A DNA stretch of 63,143 nt, filler included, from Octopus bimaculoides (lineage: Eukaryota), in assembly GCF_001194135.2 (NCBI RefSeq). It is 5 parts of 5 records of this genome, joined end to end, with 100 filler letters (N's around TTAATTAATTAA, not from the genome) between each part and the next. Parts side by side here need not be neighbours in the genome. Positions count along the whole stretch, not along the records: positions 1 to 25,605 come from NC_069003.1; 4 more parts are not named here. One strand, 5' to 3'. Shown here piece after piece: positions 1 to 11,899 of this stretch. Below the pieces are notes generated by a model. It ran no database searches, was not told the origin of the DNA, and was given only the letters and a program-made list of their open reading frames with translations. Numbering within the stretch: the stretch's first letter is position 1; each line of letters starts with the position of its first letter. Both the position numbers and the translations under genes were made by a program.

Positions 1-44
1 TATATATATATATATATATATTCTTCCCAAAAAAAACCATGTGA

Positions 45-420
45 AATTTGTTATCAAAAATGTGCAGTGAGAGAAGTTCCCTGTTCAATACTCGCTGGGA
101 GTGTTTGAATTTTGTAAAAAAAAGATGATGAAGATTTCATCACCTATACTGGAGTCATCAATAGAAAGTGCGAAAAATTCAAACTAAAAGAATTAACCCT
201 AAACATGATCAAATGTCTAATTTTTGTTCAAGGGTTAACTGCAAGCAAAGATGCAGAGATATGTGTCTGGTTATTGACAAAATTGGAACCGGGCCAGAAT
301 TTGACTCTGTAGGCAGTGGCAGAGGAATGTCAAAGAATTATTAATCTTTGACATGACGCAAATAAAATCAAAGGAAAAGGATTACTCTCGCATACATGCA
401 TATTGATCTGTAACAGATAA
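45..420 (+). mobile_element. Gypsy LTR-retrotransposon gag remnant (degraded)
   Basis: Translation with indels gives FNTRWECLNF.KKDDEDFITYTGVINRKCEKFKLKELTLNMIKCLIFVQGLTASKDAEI...AVAEECQRIINL. This resembles the gag region of invertebrate K02A2.6-like Gypsy polyproteins; contains stops. Confidence 0.7.
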
Positions 421-904
421 GGAAAAACAAAAACAAAGATCAAGACCCAGTCCATGATCAAACTATATCAATATAATAGCACTGCATTTTTATTGGGTTT
501 TTTTTTGTCAATTTACTTAAGCGTTTTCAATAAATTTCTTTAAACATTTCTTGTTAAAAAATGTGGTATAGACACAGAAGGACAAAAGAATTATTGTTTT
601 TAAATCAAGAAATTATTTATTGATTATACTGTTTAATTTTATTTTAGAAATTTGATATATATTAATATAGTTTGATCATTTAATACAAAATGTGTGTTTA
701 GTGAATGTTAGTTACTGCATTGATATTTGGTTGAAAAATAGTGAGTTTTAGCCTTAAATTATGATGCTTTTCCAGATTCAGTTTCTAATATTTCAGTACT
801 TTTAATGCTCAAATTGTTCCCAGTGTTCATTGACCCTTTAGATTGCCCCATAGACCCCTCCTGGTGGGTCAATATCGATCATTTTGCTGACCCTTGTGTT
901 GAAA

Positions 905-1090
905 TGCTGTGTTGAAATGCTTCGTGGCATTTTCTACATCTTATATTGAGTTCAAATGCCACTATGGCCAACTCTGCCTTTCATCCTTTCAGGGTTGATA
1001 AAATAAGTACCAGTTGAATGCTGGGGTCAATGTAATTGACTTACCACCACCCCAAAATTGTTGGCCTTGTGCCAAAATTTGAAACCAATA
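905..1090 (+). mobile_element. tRNA-derived SINE, family A (Meta-domain-like core)
   Basis: B-box-like GAGTTCAAATGCC followed by the core GCCTTTCATCCTTTCAGGGTTGATAAAATAAGTACCAGTTG, shared with more than 10 other copies in the window. Confidence 0.8.
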
Positions 1091-1339
1091 TAAGACACTT
1101 CTTTTTTTCCTAAAAAAGTCTCAAAAAATTACCCCTGTTCCTATATGCAAAATCAGGCCTATATTATGTACTTTAAGGCACTAAAAGCTTCTTTTCCTAC
1201 ATATGCAACTGCTGAAATTATGGTGCACATCATGTGATTATGCATCATTTATGCCATCAAATACAGTAGCATTCAGGTTACTGTGTTAAATGTAATACTT
1301 ATTCACATTGAATTACTCATGCATTTACCTTGTAGCTTT

Positions 1340-1500
1340 GAGATTTTGATGATATGATTATTTTTAGAATGACATTGTAGGGTAAGTGTGAGAAGCCAGA
1401 ACTGATTGGCTTAAAAATAAAACAGGTAAAATATTTGGGCCACACGTAGCTGGTTTATATGTTAAAAGGTTAAGCATAATATTTTCAAGAAAAAAAAATC
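1340..1500 (-). mobile_element. Dispersed repeat fragment, family D
   Basis: GAATGACATTGTAGGG-type sequence of an abundant octopod-type dispersed repeat; tentatively grouped with 6000-6270 and 12600-12790. Confidence 0.35.
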
Positions 1501-1941
1501 ATGAATACTGTAAACATCAAGCAGCCCCTTGTGAGCTTCCGACACCTCTGTGAGGGTGCTCCTACCCAAGTGAAGAACCACTGAGCCATGCTCACATCAT
1601 TCAAAGTTACTGTCCTTTATCATACCATAAACTTGTGTGATTAGGGAGAGGTATGGTTGTTGTTTCCAACAGATTGTGTGATTATATACACATGGAAGCT
1701 TACCCCACCCCCCATTAGTTCCTTGGTTCTGTAGTTTGTTTTAGTAGCTATGGTCATACTGGAGCACTATCTTCAGAAACCTTTATTACCTGCTTTTTGT
1801 ATCCAAACCTGTGTTTCTGTTGTAAGCTGATAGTTGTAGTCACATACATTAATACATTACCAGAACATACCACATCAATTAAGCTATCAAGGTGTGTATT
1901 TAAATTATGCATTGTTCCTGTTTCCCCACCTATTGTTAGGA

Positions 1942-1942
<1 letters not shown>

Positions 1943-1987
<45 letters not shown>

Positions 1988-2047
1988 GTATACATGCATG
2001 TGTACATAAGCATATATGTATATAATATATAGACACACAGTCTCTCT

Positions 2048-2079
<32 letters not shown>

Positions 2080-2100
2080 ACTCACACATATATATATCTC
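1943..2100. repeat. Compound (TG)n/(TC)n microsatellites
   Basis: Visible directly in the sequence. Confidence 0.95.
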
Positions 2101-2104
2101 GTTG

Positions 2105-2330
2105 TCATCCTCCTCCTCATCATCATTTAACATCTGTTTTCCATGCTGGCATGGGTTGGACAGCTTGACAGGAGCTAGCAAGCCTGAGAACTGCACCAGG
2201 TTCTATTGTCTGTTTTGGTATGGTTTCTATGGTTGGATGCCCTTCCTAATGCCAACCACTTTACAGAGTGTACTGGGTGCTTTTTATGTAGTACCTACAC
2301 TTGTGGGGCCACCAGATAACTTTCAAGACA
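2105..2330 (-). mobile_element. SINE family C (V-domain-like, (GAT)n tail)
   Basis: Reverse complement of 23445-23620. Contains GGATGCCCTTCC (rc GGAAGGGCATCC) and a (CAT)n end. Confidence 0.75.
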
Positions 2331-3639
2331 AAGACCCTTGACTAGAAGGGGGAGTAGGATGGGGGCATTTGAGAAGTTAAAGTGTAAAAGAAGGATAGAA
2401 ATCTGGGGCAGCTTCGAATCTCTTCTGCAGTAAGAGGAGATACTTGAGTGCTCTAGATGGAAAAGAATGGAGAGAGAGAAGAGAGCTAGAGTGAAAGAGA
2501 AATATAGAGAAACAGACAAAGAGAGAGGGGGAGAGAGAGATGGTGGTGGTGGTGGAAATGTGTCAAGGGCAGGGACATGCCCTCAATGTACAGTGGAGGG
2601 TGAATATAAGTGGTTAGGACTGGACAGGGTGAGTAGCAGTGTGGGTGGGGGAAGAGGGGGATGTTTTATGAGACTGTGAGGGGAGATGATTAGAAATGAG
2701 GAAGAGATGACAGTTGCAAGTGACATTGAGAGATATAGGAACGGCTCAGGAGTGCTTTGGTAGATATGCAAAGGGCAATGAGAGTGAAAGTATGCGAGTA
2801 GGCACAAGGAGAGGGTGGAGGGCATGCAGCGTGTGGTATTTCTGGGTGGAGGGAAAGAGTGGTGTTTGGAATTCAGATTGTGGAGGCGGGTGATTGAGAG
2901 TGGGGGCAAAATTGCAGAGGACCATGGAAGTAAAAGACATGCTTGTATTGTCTTGATTTTACTTAGGTTTGTCTTCTTGAGAGCAACAAATTGCCATGTC
3001 TGGGTCTTTGTCATCTTGTCTGTGAGGCCAACATCTGAAGATTATTTCTCATCCTTTTGTCCTGCATCTTCCTCTTCCATGGGTTCCCTCCACAATTAGA
3101 GATTAGAACTTCTTTATGCAGCTGTTCTCAACCATATGCATTACATGACCATGCCAGCATACTTCATCTGATGCTTCTAACACCCAGGCTTTTTATGCTT
3201 TGTCATGCATACTGGCATGGCATATCCAGCAGAGCATGCTGGCTTCAATTCTTACAAGCTTTCACCTGTCCTCTGTAGCCACAGCCCAAATTTCACTGCC
3301 ATGGCAGCATAGCTGAACCAACTGCTGTACACTATCATTTTTGTTTTATTTTTTGCTTTCTTTAATACATACACACACACACATATATAAAATACACTTT
3401 AATTGAAATACAGTTTCTCCAAAATTAAACATATCTAATTGTGAATGTCAGTGAATCAGTATGTCACACTTTTTCAACTTTACTCCTAGAGGCCGTACCT
3501 CAACATATCATACCATTTTGGAATCAGGCTGACTCCGTGAGTAAATTAAAAACATTCCAGGCCAAAATCCTGAAATTTTGGATTCTTCTGTTTTCATTAC
3601 TGCGATTGCTTTTGACGATTCTTTTTACATGATTTTTTG

Positions 3640-3725
3640 CAACAAATATGATCATCATTGGAATATGACTCTGGAGGAAGCAATTGTAACAAATTCTCCA
3701 AAACAAGTCAGAGACCTGTTTGCAG
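3640..3725 (+). mobile_element. Helitron Rep/helicase-region remnant
   Basis: Peptide DHHWNMTLEEAIVTNSPKQVRDLFA matches the Helitron DDxxWxxTLxEAxxxxSPxxxRxLFA segment upstream of the PIF1 domain. Confidence 0.6.
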
Positions 3726-3803
3726 ATCTTCCCATTCAGGGTCAGTTGCTTAAAAGCTACATACTAGCTTAAAAGCTACATACTAGCTTAAAAGCCACCC
3801 GAT

Positions 3804-3841
<38 letters not shown>

Positions 3842-4334
3842 TGTTAATTCAGTGGAAGCGATGAATTGCAGGACGTAATACAAATGTAGAGTATTCTTAA
3901 ATACATTATAAGTGAAAGACTTCAATTTCCAGTTCTCAGAGTGACTAATTTCTGATCATTAGTTGGTAAATTGAATCTGATTTTCATTTGAAATACTCAG
4001 TGTTTGAATACTTTTTTAAAAATATAAACATTAAAGTTTGAAGAAAATATTTATCGTTAGATTCTTTTGTTTAAAAAAACCTTTGTGAACAGCACATGTG
4101 AAAATGGCTGCTTCAAGCTCACATTTTTGTTTCTTTTCTAGTTCTCATGGTATATACAATAAACGTCTTAAACTCCACAGTCATAAAATTGTGCTGTTGT
4201 TTAATGTTTTAAAGTAATACTTTTAACTAATACTTTTAATTAATGTTTTTAAAAACAATGGGTAGGTGCATGCTTATTTTGTATGCACCCATGCAAATGC
4301 ATACAGACATACATCTGAAAACTCGTACACACCT

Positions 4335-4720
4335 TTTGTTTTTTACTTGTTTCAGTCATTAGACTGCGGCCATGGTGGAGTGCTGCCTTGAAGAGTTTTT
4401 TGTCATATGAATCGACTCCAGTACTGCCTTTTTTCAAGCCTGGTATTTATTCTCTCAGTCTCTTTTGCAAACTGCTAAGTTATAGGGACATAAACAAACC
4501 AACACCGGTTGACAAGCAGTGTTAGTGAGTGATAAACACAGACAAAAAGACACACAGATAGATATATATGTATATGATGGGCTTCTTTCAGTTTCCATCA
4601 ACCAAATCCACTCACAAGGCCTTGGTCAGACCGAGGTTATAGTAGAAGACACTTGCCCAAGGTGCCATGCAGTGGGACTGAACCTGGAACAATATGGTTG
4701 GAAAGCAAACTTCCTACCCC
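4335..4720 (-). mobile_element. SINE family B (CORE-like, octopus OR-type)
   Basis: Reverse complement contains GGTTCAGTCCCACTGCATGGCACCTTGGGCAAGTGTCTTCTACTATAACC and the 3' AAGGCAGCACTCCACCATGGCCGCAGTCTAATGACTGAAAC module. Confidence 0.85.
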
Positions 4721-4804
4721 GCGTCACACCATTATATATTCATGCATGCATATACACATGCATACATAAACACACACACGTAGACACAGAGCCACACACA
4801 TATG

Positions 4805-5185
4805 TTAGGTGCAGGTGTGGTTGAGTGCTTAGAATGTTGCTGCCCAACCACATGGTTCTGAGTTCAGTCTCACTGCTTGGCACCTAGGGCAAGTGTCCTC
4901 TATTATAGCCTGGGGTTGACTAAAGTCTTGTGAGTGGATTCGGTAGATGGAAACTGAAAGAAGCTTGTCAAATATATATCTGTGTGTGTCTGTTTTTGTC
5001 CCCAACCATCTTATGACGACCAGTGCTGGTTTGTTTGTGTCCCACCATGACTAGTGGTTTGGTAGAAAGAGAACGATGAAATAGGTACTAGGCTTAAAAA
5101 AAAAGTAGTGGGGCCGATATGTTTGATTAAACCCTTCAAGGTGGTGCCCCAGCATGGTCACCGTCCAATGACTGAAACAAAAAGA
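4805..5185 (+). mobile_element. SINE family B (CORE-like), near full length
   Basis: tRNA-like head, GCACCTAGGGCAAGTGTCCTCT core and 3' GGTGGTGCCCCAGCATGG...ATGACTGAAACAA. Sits head-to-head with the preceding copy. Confidence 0.85.
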
Positions 5186-5619
5186 TTTGTAAAATATACT
5201 CTGAATGATATATGTGTATGTGTGTGTGTGTGTACGTACATATATATATACACACACACACACACGTATGTATGCATGCATAACTATAAAACTATATGCA
5301 AGCACATACAACTTGTCTGCAAAGATATGTTGCTATGGAAACGGATGCCTTTGTGTGCGGTGATAGTTTTGCTTAAAAAAAGGGAGCGGCCGTCGAAGCA
5401 AGCAACATGTTCCACCCACGTTTTCTTCTTTGTTTGCAGAGACCAGTGCTATGTATGTGCCAGCCATTGTCTGTCTGTCTGTATGTGTGTGTGTCTATCT
5501 GTACGTGTGTGTGTACTTATCAGTATGTGTGTGTGTGTGCGTGCGTGCGCGTCTGTGACCCATTTTCTTGCTACGTCATATAGACAACATTTGGTGGAGG
5601 TGCGAGGGTAAATGGTGGT

Positions 5620-5860
5620 GGTATTGGTAGCGGGAGGAGCTGCAGCAGTGATACTGGTGGGGTCGGCGGTGACAGTGTTGCTTGCTGAATTATGGATATT
5701 AACGGCGGCGTCGGTGGTTATAAAAATAGTATCGGTGGTGGTGATAGTGATGGTAGCTGAATAACTGGTGGTGACGGCGACCGGGATGACGGCGGGGTGG
5801 GGGAGAGTGACAGTAACGATTCTTTTTATGCATGGTTGTTCTTGTTGCTGTCGGTGATGT
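5620..5860. repeat. Degenerate (GGT/GAT/GGC)n low-complexity tract
   Basis: Visible directly; similar tracts at 6290-6600, 58020-58310, 59270-59470 and 59620-60060. Confidence 0.8.
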
Positions 5861-5999
5861 TTAGTTTTAGGTCCGTTCTGATTCAGTCTACAAACCTAAG
5901 ACGTTTCAACAGTGACCTATCGCGTTTTCTCCCACATACGAAGAACTTGGATTATTTGATGTTCTTGGGTGTAATTTGATGGGGTATTTTGGCTCCTAT

Positions 6000-6270
6000 T
6001 TCTAACTGTCTAATTGGGTCTTTTTTAAAGGAAGATGTGCTTAGCCCCAGACTGATCAGACTTTTGATCAAAGATGTTTCAGTTCGTGACCATCCCGTAT
6101 ACTTTTAAAAAACTAAAATGTGATTTGAGAGAAATTTGGCAACTATTTCTCGCACTCCGGGTCTTTTTGAAGTGTTGTCATTCTAGACGTGACCATCCCG
6201 AATACTTTTAAAATAGCCGGCAGTGTTTTCAGAGAAAGCTGGTTACTATTTCTGGCTAGTCCAGTGACCG
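6000..6270 (+). mobile_element. Dispersed repeat family D with internal duplication
   Basis: TAGCCCCAG..CTGATCAG..GATCAAAGATG..GTGACCATCCCG. The GTGACCATCCCG..ATACTTTTAAAA unit occurs twice; a related copy lies at 12600-12790. Confidence 0.55.
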
Positions 6271-6289
6271 CATTAGAACCTCAAGCGTT

Positions 6290-6600
6290 TTTTGTTTGAT
6301 AGGATTGTTGTTGTTATTGGAGGCGGCGGTGGCGGTAGTGGTGGTGGTAGTGCTGTTGCGTTGGTGTTAGAGAATGGTATGTCGTGGGTGTTGGCGGCGC
6401 TTGTAGGTGCGGTGGTTACAGTTTTTGTTGTTATTGGTGATGGTAGTGGTGGCGACATAGTGGTATAGTTGCGGTGGTAGTGGTTATGACTGTTGTTGTT
6501 GGTGGCGGCGGTGGTAATGGCTGCAGTGATGGTGGTGGTTGCAATATAGTGGTGTGACTGAAATGGCGGTGGTGGTGGTGGCGATGGTTTCCGTGAAAGC
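6290..6600. repeat. Degenerate (GGT/GTT)n tract
   Basis: Visible directly in the sequence. Confidence 0.8.
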
Positions 6601-6756
6601 AAAGATCTTAAGGGCAGAAGTGTACATAGATTTCATTTTCCAAGGTAAATCTTTGTCAGGGACGAAAGTTCCAGAGCAGGGTAAAAATGCAAAATTAAAA
6701 AAAAGAGCAATAACCCCACCCGTCTTCCTGCGATAGAATTTATTAAACTTCTAAAA

Positions 6757-6899
6757 CAGTCATTGGCAAACTGCTGCTCGCGGGGTTTCCTGAATGGCAT
6801 ACTTTAAAAATTATCTTGAAAGTTTTTAGTAGTGAGGCCTGCCTGATGATGAGTTATATCTCAAGCGGCCCATTTCTCAAAAACAGTTGTCCATGCCTG
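6757..6899. mobile_element. hAT-type MITE (143 bp) with 8-bp TSD
   Basis: Imperfect TIRs CAGTCATTGGCAAACTG / rc CAGGCATGGACAACTG. Flanks TTCTAAAA (6749-6756) and TTCTAAAG (6900-6907) match at 7/8; an 8-bp TSD is the hAT hallmark. Confidence 0.65.
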
Positions 6900-7815
6900 T
6901 TCTAAAGTCTTAATTATCCGTTCTCTAAATAATCCTCACCATAAGATATAATCATCTTAATAACATGACTAAGACACACTCAGTTGATCTTATTAAACCA
7001 ATAACCGATAAAGATAATTTAGCTTAAACCAACTTAATTTATGGAGCGTTGAAAACGATGGCTTAAAATATAAATATGAAAGAAGAAAAATACTGTAATA
7101 ATAAACTAAATATTTGGGTATATAACTGAAGGTGCACAGAGTAGCGTTGAATGAAATTTGTGTTTGACCAATAATATTTGATGTGTTCGAGTACATTCAA
7201 TTGTGGGAAAACCGTTCGTTACAGAGGAACAGGATATAGTATATAAAGCTTAGCAAAGCTGGATTTAATTAACTGGAGACGCACGAAGCAGTGTTGAATA
7301 ATATGCATGTTACCATGATATTTAAAACGCTCATGCATTCTCATTCACTGAGGAAACAGACTAGCGAGAAAATTTTCCTCGTGACATGTGTAAAAATGCA
7401 CAGATCATAGGACACGCCCTTCGTCTTCGAATATCGAACCAGTCTTTCACAGTCCTGTAAAGACAGTTGTTGTTATGTATAAGAACAGAAAATAAGACAT
7501 TTGGTGACGTGTGCAAACTTTGATCAAGCTAGAATTAATTAACTGTAGGCACACAAAGCAGAGTTGAATGAAATATGTGTCTGTACCATCATATCTAACA
7601 CGTTCGTGTACACTTGGATGTGGGAAGACCTTTCATTGCGGAAATGGTCACGGAAGAAAATTCCCCTCGGACATTATGTATGAAAATATGTCATCAGACT
7701 GCAGGATTCATACGTTTCTGCATCGTTACGCTTTATCAGTAATGAATATCGAATCAATCGTTCACATCCCTATAAGAACAATTAGTCTTATATATAAGAA
7801 CAGTAAATTATACAT

Positions 7816-10800
7816 TTGAAAGGCCGATCACAGCTGCGGAGGTTATAGAGGTGCTTTCCGAGACAAGTCGCCGGGACTGGATGGTCTACCGTACGAATTT
7901 TATAAAAGTATGCCAGACTTGTTCGGGTACATACTGACCGGTGTTTACGCAAACTGGTAGCAGAATGGGAGTGTAGTGAAACCTCTCTCTCGGGCATTCA
8001 TTTACAAATGATAACAAAGCGGCTAACATTTAGCCTTCGGCTGCCTTGGACCCTTGTGTCCATCACCCTGATTGGTTCTTATTTGCGTGGCATTTGTCTC
8101 CAGTTCCGTTTCGCGCCAGGGTGCATACTGTCCAATCGTGGCCTTCAGATAAGGTCACGTGAGAGAGGGTCTTTCTGCGTTTCTGGTGAGCCCTATTTCA
8201 TCTATAAATAAGCCTGCTCCAACTACGCCAGTTTGTCGCGACCTCAGACATTTTCAGGTCTAGTCGTAGACCACACACAGAACACAGCTCCAGCCAGTTT
8301 CCAGCGACGACGTCAACACCACAACCAGAGTACACACCAACAGCAAACACGGTTTCATCTCTGCACTGTTCGAGTGGATTGTTTCCACCACGAAGATAAC
8401 AGTTAGAACAACCATGCGAGAACCTTCTGTACCAAGTAACCGGTCTACAGCATCGACGCTCAACTTCACACACAGCATGTGACACCACAGCTCTGCTCCT
8501 TGGCCACAACCATTTGTACAGACATTCTACCTACTGTAACTCTTATACGAACTGGTATTTCTCCGTCTGTGTTCAGGACGCCTATAGTCTATGTTACAGA
8601 CACTCTTTCCATGCTCTGTATTTCTCATTCACACATACACACACATATTGTTGTATACATATTCTTTACACGACGGTCCGTCGTACACATTGTATTGTTT
8701 ATATTGCCGCATGCACGCACACACAGACACACAGTTGACTACCCTAATAAACTTACTCTTTATATATAACTAACGGTTGTCTGTCACTCTCTTGTTCCTT
8801 TACTGGTACTGGCTCGCATCTCACATTGCGAGCCTTCGTATGTCCTATTACATGTTTTGTGTTCGACCGTGCGACGCGTTTAAAGGAGCTTTCTCCCGTT
8901 CGTCGCCGTCTCCTTTGGTTCGAACGGTCGTTCTATTACAGGAGAATTCCCAAATCTGTGAGCTGGGTAGAGGTAACACTGATCAGGAAAGACCTAAGTA
9001 AGAGGGGGTATCATTNNNNNNNNNNNNNNNNNNNNNNNNNNNNNNNNNNNNNNNNNNNNNNNNNNNNNNNNNNNNNNNNNNNNNNNNNNNNNNNNNNNNN
9101 NNNNNNNNNNNNNNNNNNNNNNNNNNNNNNNNNNNNNNNNNNNNNNNNNNNNNNNNNNNNNNNNNNNNNNNNNNNNNNNNNNNNNNNNNNNNNNNNNNNN
9201 NNNNNNNNNNNNNNNNNNNNNNNNNNNNNNNNNNNNNNNNNNNNNNNNNNNNNNNNNNNNNNNNNNNNNNNNNNNNNNNNNNNNNNNNNNNNNNNNNNNN
9301 NNNNNNNNNNNNNNNNNNNNNNNNNNNNNNNNNNNNNNNNNNNNNNNNNNNNNNNNNNNNNNNNNNNNNNNNNNNNNNNNNNNNNNNNNNNNNNNNNNNN
9401 NNNNNNNNNNNNNNNNNNNNNNNNNNNNNNNNNNNNNNNNNNNNNNNNNNNNNNNNNNNNNNNNNNNNNNNNNNNNNNNNNNNNNNNNNNNNNNNNNNNN
9501 NNNNNNNNNNNNNNNNNNNNNNNNNNNNNNNNNNNNNNNNNNNNNNNNNNNNNNNNNNNNNNNNNNNNNNNNNGCGACGGCATATGCGGATGATGTCACC
9601 ATCATTGTGTCTGATGAAGGGCAGCTACCTCATGTAGAAGACGCCATCAAAAGATACGAAGCGGTAGCAGGGGAAAAAGTTAACCAAGAAAAATCAGTCG
9701 GCTTGCAACTCGGCACCTGAAGAGGCAAGTCGATGCCTCCCAACAGCGTCGTAGGACGTTGGACGGAGGGCCCGGTTAAACTGCCCGGAGTCTGGTTTGG
9801 GCCAGATCTCCAGATGGAGAAAAACTGGAACGAGGTCACAAGCAGGGTGACTGCTCTAACCCAAACATGGTCTGGGAGGACGTTATCCTTGCTATGGAGG
9901 GCGGAGGTTGCACAGGTGTTTATAGCATCTGTGATAACCTACCGCCTAACCGTCATGCCCTGCCCCAAGTTGTGACTGATCAAGTTGGAACGGCTCCTAT
10001 TTTGCTTTTAGTGGAAGGGGAAACCACCATTTGTGAGGCGCTCCATCTGCTGCCAGAAACCGTTAAAGGGTAGGTAAGGGATGCCGTGGCTAATGATGTG
10101 CAAATATGAGCTGAGGCTGAGACATCTCTGGCTCTACCTGGAGGATGAACAGGTGTGGTCACCGCACGTCAAGTTCCTTTTTTCACAATTAACGTCCCTG
10201 CAGGACTTAGGCCCATGAATCAGGCGTAGACCTAGAATGGGCGAATGGCAGAGGGAATGCAGGCAAACACTCATTCTGCTCTCCCGGGCGAGTAATACCG
10301 GCAGCGAGGCTACCACTGCGGATTTTAATAGTGGTTTGGTAGAGCACAAGTCTGACGACGTCCTAGGGGAAGGTCTAGGCTTTGACAGAGACCAGCTAAT
10401 CAACCTGTTCGGAAGGACATTCGGGCCGGGGTATCTGGATAACTTCCAGGAATCTTTGGCTTGGCTGTGCTACCGATCGGCTTTACCGGTTCGATAGAGG
10501 TTGTCAAGACACCGGTTTAACGCCCCACCCCCACATGCCCGAGGTGCGGGCGCGCCAACGAAACTGTCATGCACGCTTTCGTGCATTGTGTGGAATTGGA
10601 GGGACTGATAGCTTATGTCGAACAACTGATGTCGGAGACAGAAAGAGTACAGCTATCGGCTGAGTCCATCATCAAGATCATACCACCTTCCTCCTTTAAC
10701 AACGAAAGGGAGGCTTCCTTTTTCTGTATAGTAACCATACTGAAAGACACTGTATGGACGACGTGTGGAAGGGGAATTGAGACAGGCAACTTTATCTCTG

Positions 10801-11226
10801 GACGCGGGTTGGTTAGCTATTTCAGCTACCACCTGCTAAGAAAGATCCATCTAAAGAAAAAGTGCCTGCCTCAAAGAGTATTCACGAAAATATGGATGAC
10901 TGTAGTAAGAATGCTGAGAATAAATGGCACCGTGCTAGTGTAGCCGGTCAAAGCGAAAGAAGGAAAAAAAGGAAAAACAAACTACTGGAAAAAAAAAAGA
11001 AGAAATTTAAAGGTAACAAAAGAAGAAACCGGCGGGTTAAATAAAACCACACAGGCTTCTTATATTGTAATTATTTAATTTAAAAAATTTCCTCAGATTT
11101 TCATCTTTCCGATTTCATTATTTCTATTTAAATATTTTTAATCATGATTGTAACCCCATCTCTATGTTGTAAGTGTCCTTGTTCGTCCCCTCTATGTATA
11201 CCTTTTTATAGGCAAATAAAGAAATA
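7816..11226 (+). mobile_element. 5'-truncated L1/Tx1-type LINE ORF2 pseudogene (RT + CCHC finger), interrupted by a solo LTR
   Basis: DKSPGLDGLPYEFYK at about 7860 and GRIPKSV...VTLIRKD at 8941. YADD at 9583-9594 and TCPRCGRANETVMHAFVHC at about 10545-10600. 3' end AATAAAGAAAT at about 11215. Several stops and frameshifts. Confidence 0.9.
7972..8940 (+). mobile_element. Solo LTR (969 bp), probably Gypsy
   Basis: Starts TGTAG and ends TTACA. 4-bp TSD GGAG at 7968-7971 and 8941-8944; removing the insert restores CAGAATGGGAGAATTCCC (QNGRIP) in the LINE RT. TATAAATA at 8203-8210 and AATAAA at 8746-8751. Confidence 0.85.
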
Positions 11227-11231
11227 CTTTG

Positions 11232-11600
11232 GTTTCAGACCTTTTAAGGTCTAGCCACTGACCACACAATACACAGCCAGTTCCGGCGACAACACCACAG
11301 TAACTACGTCAAGACTTACTAACTTCGTCCAACAGCATTACGGCAACCTCCGCCTTCGTCCCCATCATCATGCTTTCAACGTCGTCAACATCATCTCTCT
11401 ACGTACACAGCTCAGCCAGCAACTCGCCCAGGTTTCAACACTTCGCTGTTCGTAAATTACTTCACCATGGATCAACAGCGAATATACAACCTGCGATAAC
11501 TCCTGTACCAAGTGACCCAGGCAGCAACATCACAGCCATGACTTCACGTACGACATGTACCGCAACCGGTTCAGCATAATGGCCGCCGCAACTTCTTGAT
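11232..11600 (+). mobile_element. Diverged fragment related to the 7972-8940 LTR
   Basis: TCAGAC.TTTT.AGGTCTAG..ACCACAC...CAGCCAGTT.C.GCGAC and CTGTACCAAGT.ACC blocks are shared with 8240-8480. Confidence 0.6.
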
Positions 11601-11699
11601 GCAGTATTTCAACTACCGGGCAAGGTTGTTTATGGAAGACCATACATATTAGCCTCCCATCTCCACGCCACCGATATTATCTAAACGAAGGGCAAAGGC

Positions 11700-11860
11700 C
11701 GATATAGCTTGGTATCAGCGATGTCGCAGCTCATTTCTACATCTGAGTGAGCTAGAGCAACGTGAAATAAAGTGTCTTGCTCAAGAGTAGAGTACAGCAC
11801 AGCTCCGTCCTGGAATCGAACTCACGACTTCCCGATTGGAGTACTGATGCTCTAACTAGC
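11700..11860 (-). mobile_element. CORE-like tRNA SINE fragment
   Basis: Reverse complement reads GTGAGTTCGATTCCAGG (B box)...CTCTTGAGCAAGACACTTTATTTCACGTTGCTCTAG. Confidence 0.65.
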
Positions 11861-11899
11861 GACGTTTGGTACAGTAGGTAAAACATATGAAATACTTGA

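Noticed and set aside
2340-3070. Purine-rich region with overlapping ORFs, possibly Penelope-related
   Set aside because: I could not recover a convincing GIY-YIG or RT motif; left unannotated.
6843-6870. CTGATGA followed by a TGAG/CTCA hairpin
   Set aside because: No GAAA core follows, so it is not a hammerhead; it lies within the hAT MITE.
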